From: Octopus sinensis
Taxonomy: Eukaryota
Reading direction: 5' to 3'
DNA length: 64,000 nucleotides
NCBI RefSeq assembly: GCF_006345805.1
Contig: NC_043003.1
Span: 21,080,001-21,144,000 of the forward strand
Under the pieces are notes generated by a model. That model saw only the letters and a list, made by a program, of their open reading frames with translations. It was not told the origin of the DNA and did not search any database. Each line of letters starts with the position of its first letter. The stretch's first letter is position 1. Positions 37,556-46,687 of the stretch are shown here, in pieces. Position numbers and translations under genes: made by a program.

Positions 37556-38957
37556 TAGGAAAGAATGGAGCTGAACGAAGATTTAACAAAATTCCTTTAT
37601 TTTATATTCGACATAATAAGGATAAGAGCACTGACCTCGTCATTAACGGAGGGGGTCTCAACAATAATAGTAGCAGCGGTTTTAACAACAGTAGTTTTAC
37701 GGACAATATCAATCACAGCATTCCCAGAAACAGGGAATATGCAGGTGATATTGCCTTAAATAGTAATGAAAATAGGGTGAATAGTATCGAATCCAGCGGT
37801 AGTTTTTACAACCATCATAGTAATAAGAACGCTGTATTAGTATCGGAAACTAATCCCAATAGATTAAGGTTCTTATCTAATAACTCCAAAATTAGAAACG
37901 CCATTTACCAGTGCAAAATTTATGCTGGATCCGATGTCTACCTCTATATTGGTGCTACCTCATCTAAATTAGCCACAAGAATATCAAATCATTTTTCCAC
38001 GTTTAGGGATAAAAGGAAACAACACTCCACTGGGCTAAGCAAATTAGTCTGGCGTTTGAAGAACGCAAATTCAACTTTTAGGCTGGTATGGTCAATATTA
38101 TCGGTGTCTTTACCGTTTGATAAGGGCAAAAAAATCTGTGCCCTGTGTAATTCCGAACTCTTTCATATTCTGTTTGCCCGAGGCCGACTAATAAACTTGA
38201 TTGTTGAGAGTTCTTTCAGATGCCTACACTGGAAAAGGCATACCTTCCTCTCATACCAATGAGGTCTAATATAGATAACCCCTGGATTTCCTAAAAAAAT
38301 TTGAAAGGTGATATCTTATCCCTTTTAGTATAAAAGACTTTCTCATAGTTGCCAAGAACACTACCAATCACAACAGTAACCTTGTATCTTGTCATTGCTA
38401 TTGTGGCCGCCCTCTCCCTATTAAGTTGACACATTCGAACACACAGACACAGTCTTTTTGGTTCTTGACCGTTAATTCTTGCTATCTCTCTCTCTATGCC
38501 TTCCACACACACTCAAAGACGCACACACACACATTAAGGCAATTTTACACACTCATACATTCGAGCACTCATTCATAAAATAAATCAAATATAAACACCA
38601 GTCATACAGAATACATTCACTCTCTTTAGTTTTCCTATACCTTCCTTCTCCTACCTTGATTCTGCCCTTGAACTATGTCAACGGACAATTTCTCCTGCTT
38701 TCATCCAATCTGGCATCACCCCCTATAAGTAGACATTATTTATCATTATTTTTATGGGCTCCTCGTGAGCAGTCGTCAAAAAGCTTGTTGTGCATTTTGT
38801 TGGAGAATTAAGTTCCTGGATTTTCCTGAAGAGAAAGCTGCATAATGGACTCCTTATTCACTCGGAATTAGGGACTTTGCAGACTTCGAAACATATATTG
38901 AAAATAAAATAAAGGAATTTTATTAAATCTTCGTTCAGCTCCATTCTTTCCTATACT
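37552..38957 (+). mobile_element. Penelope-like GIY-YIG element with ~60-bp inverted termini and no visible RT
   Basis: ORF 37777-38262 has AIYQC..YIGAT...RISNH and C-terminal CALCNSE...CLH motifs. 37552-37614 is the reverse complement of about 38895-38957. The left end abuts (TA)n. Confidence 0.8.
38820..38905 (+). ncRNA. Degenerate type I hammerhead ribozyme motif
   Basis: ATTTTC-CTGAAGA-long stem II (gaaagctgca/tgcagacttc)-GAAAC-ATAT-ATT-GAAAAT; the inverted left copy retains GTC at the cleavage triplet. Confidence 0.6.
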
Positions 38958-39107
38958 TAATATATAAAACTTCAAATTTCCGCACTAAGGCACGGATTTT
39001 ATGCCCTATGGTCATAACTTCAACCGTGCCTTTTCTGTTGTGAGTTTGCTACCCAGGTATCGGTTATCTTTCGAATTATCCGTAATAAGATAATTCATTT
39101 GTCTACT

Positions 39108-39145
<38 letters not shown>

Positions 39146-39249
39146 CATACATACATACATACATATTATTATTTTGTTTTATTTATTAGAGAATAAAAAT
39201 TCCAGCATCACAGGGATTCAAATAAAATGAATTATTCTCAATGAGGAAA

Positions 39250-40760
39250 TATATGTTACTTAGAGATAGCAGTCCCTATCATCACACCATCATCATCATC
39301 ATCATCATCATCATTTAACGTCCGTTTTCCATGCTAGCATGGGTTGGACGGTTCAACTGGGGTCTGGGGAGCCCGAAGGCTGCACCAGGCCAGTCAGATC
39401 TGGCAGTGTTTCTACAGCTGGATGCCCTTCCTAACGCCAACCACTCCGAGAGTGTAGTGGGTGATTTTATGTGCCACCGACACAGGTGCCAGACGAGGCT
39501 GGCGAACGGCCACGCTCGGATGGTGTTTTTATGTGCCACCGACACAGGTGCCAGACGAGGCTGACGAACGGCCACGATCGGATGGTGTTTCTTACGTGCC
39601 CACAGCACGGAGGCCAGTCGATGCGGTACTGGCTACAGCCACGTTCGGATGGTTTTCTTGTGTGCCACCAGCACTGGTACCACAAAGATACAAATTCCAT
39701 TGATGTTCATCTATTTTGATTTGATTTGATTTGATTTTCACTTGCCTCAACAGGTCTTCACAAGTGTCACAAGAAGGAAGGAAGGTATGCACAGGTGAAC
39801 TGACAACGTCCCAGGTAGGGGCCACGGGTTATGGCCTGACTAGTCTTGCCGGGTCTTCGGATGATGTTTTTATGTGTCTCCGACACAGGTGCCAGATGGA
39901 TGGTGTTTGTTACGTGCCCACAGCACGGAGGCCAGTCGATGCGGTACTGGCTACGGCCACGTTCAGATGGCTTTCTTGTGTGCCACCGGCACTGGTACCA
40001 CAAAGATACAAATTCCATTGATGTTCATCTATTTTGATTTGATTTGATTTGATTTGATCACTTGTCTCAACAGGTCTTCACAAGTGTCACAAGAAGGAAG
40101 GTATGCACAGGTGGATAAAAGAATTTTATTTTAATACTTACTACTCATTTCTAAATCTCTGCTACACGTGTTTCTTGAGGTTCTTTTACCATTCCTTAAG
40201 CACGCAGTATTTTACAGGAACATTTCTTAAAGCGCAACCCCAATCGTCAGGCCTCTAAATACCTTTATCATAGTTTGATACCAAATACTATATTTTAATT
40301 TTAACAGATAAATATGCGTATGTGCAAATAAATTCACCAAACCTTACTGTGCAAGCCATAATTTAATTCAAATAAAGAAAATTTATAATAAAAATAAAAA
40401 AATAAAAGATTTTGTAAATTTTTATTTTTTATTTTTTTATTTTTATAATAAATTTTCTTTATTTGAATTAAATTATGGCTTGCACAGTAAGGTTTGGTGA
40501 ATTTATTTGCACATACGCATACTTATCTGTTAAAATTAAAATATAGAATTTGGTATTGAACTATAATAAAGTTATTTAGAGGCCTGACAATTGGGGTTGC
40601 ACTTTAAGAAATGTTCCTGTAAAACACTGCATGCTTAAGGAACGGTAAAAGAACCTCAAGAAACACATGTAGCAGAGATTTAGAAATGAGAAGTAAGTAT
40701 TAAAATAAAATTCTTTTATATGGTGTGATGATAGGGACTGCTATCTCTAAATAACATATA
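39250..40760. mobile_element. Large fold-back element interrupted by an RTE 3' fragment
   Basis: 40115-40719 is a ~600-bp palindrome. 40720-40760 pairs with 39250-39290. 39291-40114 is an inserted LINE tail. Confidence 0.85.
39291..40114 (-). mobile_element. RTE 3' UTR insertion with internal ~315-bp duplication
   Basis: (CAT)n tail at 39291; 39590-39805 is repeated at 39908-40113. Confidence 0.88.
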
Positions 40761-40836
40761 TATATATACATACATACATAGCTCCTACACGCAGTTTTTC
40801 TCTCCTTGTTTCTCTCCTTGTTTCTTTTCTTTGTAT

Positions 40837-40872
40837 CTTTCTGTCGAAGAGCATAGGCTCGAAACGTAAAAG
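40837..40872 (+). ncRNA. Variant hammerhead-like motif
   Basis: CTTT-CTGTCGA-A-GAGC(atag)GCTC-GAAAC-GTA-AAAG; palindromic ACGT stem III; core A6 replaced by T. Confidence 0.55.
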
Positions 40873-40987
40873 ACTTGTCCTATTTCTATTCCTGAGCGCC
40901 ATACTAATACATTTCTTTGTTTGTACTCCACCTGCCTTCGTCTTTTGTTTATTTTCGTAAACCTTCCCGTTATATATATATATATAC

Positions 40988-41089
40988 TTTATTTAAAGCA
41001 GCAGAAAATTCAACAAAACCTGTTACTCTGAGTTTCCCGGGAAACTCAGAGTAACAGGTTTTGTTGAATTTTCTGCTGCTTTAAATAAA
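40988..41089. repeat. Perfect 102-bp spacerless palindrome
   Basis: 51-bp arms centred on CCC|GGG at 41038/41039; inside a short element flanked by (TA)n. Confidence 0.95.
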
Positions 41090-41160
41090 CCATATTACTC
41101 TACCACTGGTATTTGAGTACTCTTTTTTCCACCTTGTTTCACATTTATGTGTTTACTCAA

Positions 41161-41209
<49 letters not shown>

Positions 41210-41527
41210 TATAATAAAAATTTCTATAAATACATTCCAAGATGTGTAAATTGCAATTATACCAGGATTTGATGTGAACAACAAAATGGTGAGCATGTAC
41301 ACGTACATACTGATGCAATTTTTTTCAAAGTTTCAAGTTTCATTTTATAAATGTATGTGATATGCGTAAAACCCATGCTAGCATGGAGAACGGACGTTAA
41401 ACGATGATGATGATGATGATGATGATGATTAATGTGCTGTACCACTTGCTGGAAACCTATAACCAAAGATGTTATTGATCACAAACTAAAGGAAAGATTT
41501 AAAACAAAAATTAAAAAATAGGCCTAC

Positions 41528-41661
41528 ATTTTTCACTGAGTATTCCATCAATGATTTAGCTTTATAAGTCGCCTTTACATCTTCTTCTGTTACCTTGGTA
41601 ACAGGCATAGACACACCAGGGTAGTTCAGTAGATTATAGGGCAGAGAATAGGTTGGAAATC
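41528..41661 (-). CDS. FAAH: FAAH-like copy B penultimate exon
   Basis: (R)FPTYSLPYNLLNYPGVSMPVTKVTEEDVKATYKAKSLMEYSVKN; 134 nt; YNLLNYPG..PVT motif. Confidence 0.92.
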
Positions 41662-42548
41662 CTGCAAAGAAAATTATCAGAAGTAAAATGATAGTAAAAG
41701 GATTGTTGTTGTTGTTTTAACTCCAAATCATCCCTTATTGAGAGAAATCCTATAATCAAATAATTCTAGCATGGCTGTCCCATCATTTTTACATCTACGA
41801 CTCCATTATCTAGTTTGTCCTTGCATTTTCATGATGCAAGGGCATGATTTGAGGAAGAATTTACTGTAATTTCTAGAAGATCTAGCAATCATGTAGAGGT
41901 TCAAATGTTCACTGGTGTGTTAAATAATTCTTTTCTTGTTGTTTGGCATCAAGTTAGTTATTTCTTTATTACCCACAAGGGGCTAAACATAGAGGGGACA
42001 AACAAAGACAGACACAGGGATTAAGTTGATTACATCGACCACAGTGCGTAACTGGTACTTAATTTATCGATCCCGAAAGGATGAAAGGCAAAGTTGACCT
42101 TGGCAGAATTTGAACTCAGAACATAGTGGCAGACAAAATACCGGTAAGCATTTCACCCGGTGTGCTAATGTTTCTGCCAGCTTGTCGCATCAAGTTAGTA
42201 TTCATCAAGCAAACCAATAATCAAATAAATTCCAGTTATGACAATCTCCACTTTTGTACAGGAAATCCATTGGATAAACAACAGAAGATTGACTCTCCTG
42301 GGGTAAATGACAGATAAAGGTTTTGTGACTTCTTTGTTGGACAACCTGCACAAATGGTTCATTTGTAGTGATTAAATATTTCTGCTTTACATTAATTCAC
42401 TCCTTCCATGAAATCAACGTTGCCTATACATATACATGGTGTGCTGCACATCTTGTGTCAAAGTGATCGCAAAGAATAGCAACATGAAATGAAATGTTTT
42501 TGCTCAGGAACACAGCACACCACCCGATCCAGGAATCGAAACCGCATC

Positions 42549-42810
42549 CTGGCAACCATGAACGCAACACCTTAACTACTAGGCCACACATCTGTAAGTC
42601 AAACGACCATCCTATGACTTAGTGTTTGCATGATAACAAGATTAAGGGTACTAGTATCTGTGGAACACTCAACCACATTCTGGCAACGATGAATACAACA
42701 CCTTAACTACTATGCCACACATCTATAAATCAAACGACCATCCTATGACTTAGTGTTTGCTTGATAATGACATTAAGGGTACGAGTGTCTGCGGAATACT
42801 CAACCACATA
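42549..42810 (+). repeat. 131-bp tandem duplication
   Basis: CTGGCAAC.ATGAA..CAACACCTTAACTACTA... starts at 42549 and again at 42680. Confidence 0.9.
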
Positions 42811-43984
42811 TGAAAATAGACAATTCCATTAATAAAATGACTAGAATACTTATGGTCAACACTGATCCACACTCCATTCACTTAATTCACTCATCCAAGA
42901 CTTCAGAGATATTTCTTAAGATCTGATGTATTTTATACAAGTAAGATACTTAGCTTGACGAGTTAAAGTGAAATTGGTGTTGTGGCCAGTTTTAGTGACA
43001 GGTAAAAGGCAGCCATGTTGATGGTACATAAAAGGCATCTGTGCCAATGATATGTAAAAGACACCTGTACTGGTAATATGTAAAAGACACCCTGTGCACT
43101 CTGTAGAGTGGTTGGTGGTAGGAAGGGCATCCAGCTATAGAAGCCCAGCCAAGACAGACTGGAGGCTGGTGCAGCTTTCTAGTTTACTAGCTATAGTCAA
43201 AGCATCTAACCCATGCCAACATGGAAAATGAATGTTAAATGATAAGGATGATGTGGTACAGAAGGTCAATTCTTTGACAACTAATCTGTTTGCATGGATC
43301 AGACAGAATTAAGGCAGGTTTTGTATAGCTAGATACCCTTTTCTGTTTCCAGCATTGATTCTAATGCCTTCTGAAAGATTTGAATGCAAATATACTAGTC
43401 ACTGTTGTGTATGTCAGAAGAGAACAACTTGTTCCTTTTACAATGACAATATGCTCGTAAAATACTTGACTCATTGGTGCAAGGTAGTCTGGGACAACAG
43501 TATTTTAACCTGTCTCTCATCAGCTAGAAGCACCTTGACCTTTGAGCCTAAATAAGCCACTGGCCTTGTTTATAATTTCAGCAAACGAAACTGTTTTTCT
43601 GATCAGGGCTTAGATCTGTCAACTGATAAAAAAAAAACTGACGAGAATATTAGCATTTGAATCTGCTGGAACATATTAAGAATATATCTGCAAAGCATCA
43701 TCACAAATCTTTCAGTACACTGTGCAAATAACAAGTATATGACAGGCTTCCACTCACCATTTATAAGGTTTTGGCCAGCTTGGGGCTATAACACAAAATA
43801 TCTGCTAAGGGTGCCACACAGTAGGGCCGAAACCAAGACCACAGAGTTGGCAAGCAACCATCATAACCATACAGCTATGCCTGTGCTTTTACACTTACAG
43901 ATAATGTTTTTTACGTATTAAGTTTTCTGGAAGTTTAATTTTTAAATGTTCAATTTAGGTTAATTTAAAGTGTTATGGACTTAC

Positions 43985-44093
43985 TTCCAAAGCTTGAACT
44001 CTTTGTCAGTAGTGATGTTGAAGACATGACAGGGCAGATGAGAGCATCCAATTTATCTTTTTGCATAGCATCAGCAAATTCTTTATCGTATTT
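43985..44093 (-). CDS. FAAH: FAAH-like copy B exon
   Basis: CAG|KYDKEFADAMQKDKLDALICPVMSSTSLLTKSSSFG-A|GTAAGT; 109 nt; LDALICP corresponds to the amidase LDVVLTP motif. Confidence 0.9.
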
Positions 44094-44736
44094 CTGAAAC
44101 ATAAGAGAAGGGCTGATAATAAATGAAAATAAAAAGAATGAATAAATAAAGGTTTTGATTAAGAACAAACTGCTGGTAGTGGTGGTGATGGTTGTATGGA
44201 GGAGGAAGAGGAGGAGAAGGAGAAGAAAGAAAGAAGAAGAAGAAGAAGGGAAGGAGGAAGAGAAGGTGTCGGTGGGGATTATGATGATGATGAAATACAA
44301 TATATATATACATATATATGATACGGCACGTAAAATGCACCAATCCAACCGTGGCCGATGCCAGCCTCGCCTGGCACCAGTGCAGGTGGCACGTAAAAAG
44401 CACCCACTACACTCACGGAGTGGTTGGCATTAGGAAGGGCATCCAGCTGTAGAAACATTGCCAGATAAGACCGGAGCCTGGTGCAGCCTTCTGGCTTCCC
44501 AGATCCCCGGTCGAACCGTCCAACCCATGCTAGCATGGAGAACGGACGTTAAACGATGATGATGATGATGATGATGATGATATATGTATATATATATATA
44601 TACATGCATATATTATATATTGTATATTTTAATGTTTCACTTAGGCATAGCAAGACTAATAACCAGGCGTAGCACTCAGTATGCTTCAGAATAATGTTAG
44701 ATGAGTATAGAGTACAGATGAGTAGATTGTCTATAT

Positions 44737-44769
<33 letters not shown>

Positions 44770-44859
44770 ATATAATTCAAGACAAAACCACTATTTTGCA
44801 AAACAAACAAGGAAGACTTAATCAATACATAAAAATTTTGAATATAAAGAAATAAACCG

Positions 44860-44901
44860 CCACTACATCGTTTCATGTTTTCAATGACATTCGTCAGGTG
44901 G
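44860..44901 (-). ncRNA. Second hammerhead copy on the opposite arm of the palindrome
   Basis: Reverse complement reads CCAC-CTGACGA-ATGTC-attgaa-AACAT-GAAAC-GAT-GTA-GTGG; one stem II mismatch. Confidence 0.7.
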
Positions 44902-44942
44902 ATATTCGATCATAAATTAAAACAGATTAGGAGATCGAATAT

Positions 44943-44985
44943 CCACCTGACGAATGTCATTGAAGACATGAAACGATTGTAGTGG
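44943..44985 (+). ncRNA. Canonical minimal type I hammerhead ribozyme
   Basis: CCAC-CTGACGA-ATGTC(attgaa)GACAT-GAAA-C(gatt)G-TA-GTGG: all core nucleotides present, 4-bp stem I, 5-bp stem II, GUA triplet. Confidence 0.8.
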
Positions 44986-45158
44986 CGGTTTATTTCTTTA
45001 TATTCAAAATTTTTATGTATTGATTAAGTCTTTCCTTGTTTGTTTTGCAAAATAGTGGTTTTGTCTCGAATTATATTATATAATATTTTACTATAAAATT
45101 GGATTTAATCCTAAATCTGATTTTCCCTGTAAATTTGGATTTATTCCCTAATATTTAT

Positions 45159-45204
<46 letters not shown>

Positions 45205-45705
45205 CTTTTCATCATCTGACACAAGATTACCTCCTGCAATGCCCCTTCCCTTCTGAAAATTAGGGTTAGGGTTAGGGTATTTGTCTTGCAAGTTACTTGG
45301 TGACCCTGTCAGGGTAGGTGCCATTTAAAAAGCATCCAGTCCATACTGTAAAGCGGTTGGCATTTGGAAGGGCAACCAGCTGTGAAAGCCATGCCAAAAC
45401 TGACCTCATCTGTGCTTGTGCCATGTAAAAAGCACTAAGTCCATTCTGCCAAAACAGTCACATGAGACTGGTGCAGGCTTCTGCCTGGCCGGCTCCTGTC
45501 AAACCACCCCACCCATGCCAGCATTGAAGGCAGATGTTAAATGATGACGATGATGATGATGGTGATATAGAATTTTCCCTGTTAATTTTTACAACAATAT
45601 TGTTGTTGATAAAATGGGTTTCCAACTACGACACAATCAAAAATGTGAACTTGAACTAATTCTGTTAGACATAAACTGAAAGAAAACTATTTTAAAGAGA
45701 CTCAC

Positions 45706-45745
45706 TTCTTTTTCAGCAACCAATTTATATATGTCTTGATATTTT
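45706..45745 (-). CDS. FAAH: FAAH-like copy B exon (40 nt)
   Basis: TAG|A-KYQDIYKLVAEKE|GTGAGT; completes the phase chain to the next exon. Confidence 0.7.
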
Positions 45746-46487
45746 CTAGAATTAAAAGCAGAGAGAAAAATATTGAAATATTTTGTTGTCTTTTTTTATA
45801 TCTTATAATAATTTAAACTACCTAAGACCATTCTTCATTGCATGAGTCCCAGCTTTACCAACTGGAAATCTTCTTCATTCCAATCCTTGTAACTTCTATC
45901 TTTCTCACTCTGTTTCTTTCTTCTACCACTTCTGGTTCACATATGAAGATCCAACCCGAATATTCTACCAGCTTTATGATCAAACTGGCCAGATCACATC
46001 ATCAAAATCTCAAATCTAAGAGATAATGAACCCTTAATTTGAAACAACGTGAATAAATAAGAATTATATTTGACTGAATAATTTAAATGCTAAAGGGTTA
46101 ACTTAGAAGATGCAAAGTTCTGTTGTCTTCTTTATTAATTTCTCTTCAATCAACTTTTCCATGAAGATGAACTCTGTCTCTCTGAAGCATTGGATATTCC
46201 ATTCTTTGCAGCAAGTTCAAGGTACTCTTTTTACCAATTTCATTAAATAATAAAAGTCTTGCCAATGCAGACCAGCATCTGTTTCCAAGGCCATCTTTAC
46301 CCCATTATAGACCACCAACCAACCCAGCAGGCAAATCAATTTTCTGAGCCTAATAGTATTTGTTTATTGACAGTAAACCACAGAATATATAGATCAGAAC
46401 TGGGGCCCCTAAACCTGTGAAGACCAAGGGCAACTGTTCAGTATGCCCCTTGAGATGGCCCTAATAGTCTGTTTGGAGTCTCCTTAA

Positions 46488-46687
46488 CCCTTTTGGCTCT
46501 GGCTCTGAGTACAAATGTCTTGTTTTCATAAGTTTTGAATTAAAATTTTCCACCAAACCTTATTCACAATTTATGTTCCTAACCCTAGATAAATGATAAC
46601 TAAGTTATTTTACTAAATTCTTTGTTATATTCAAAATTAATTGAAAGAAACACAGAGCATCTCAAAATAAATGCAGTAACAAAAGGG
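46488..46687. mobile_element. piggyBac-like MITE
   Basis: TTAA|CCCTTTT ... AAAAGGG|TTAA. Other TTAACCCT-ended elements of different internal sequence at 54063-54280, about 45950-46100 and 13695-13770. Confidence 0.65.

Larger units (their letters stand above)
44764..45160. mobile_element. PLE-type pseudo-LTR with inverted partial copy (hairpin element)
   Basis: Arms 44764-44911 and 44933-45082 are near-perfect reverse complements with a 21-nt loop; both ends lie in (TA)n. Confidence 0.75.

Noticed and set aside
45260-45277. (TTAGGG)3 telomere-like repeat
   Set aside because: Only three units; too short to call an interstitial telomeric sequence or PLE telomere targeting.
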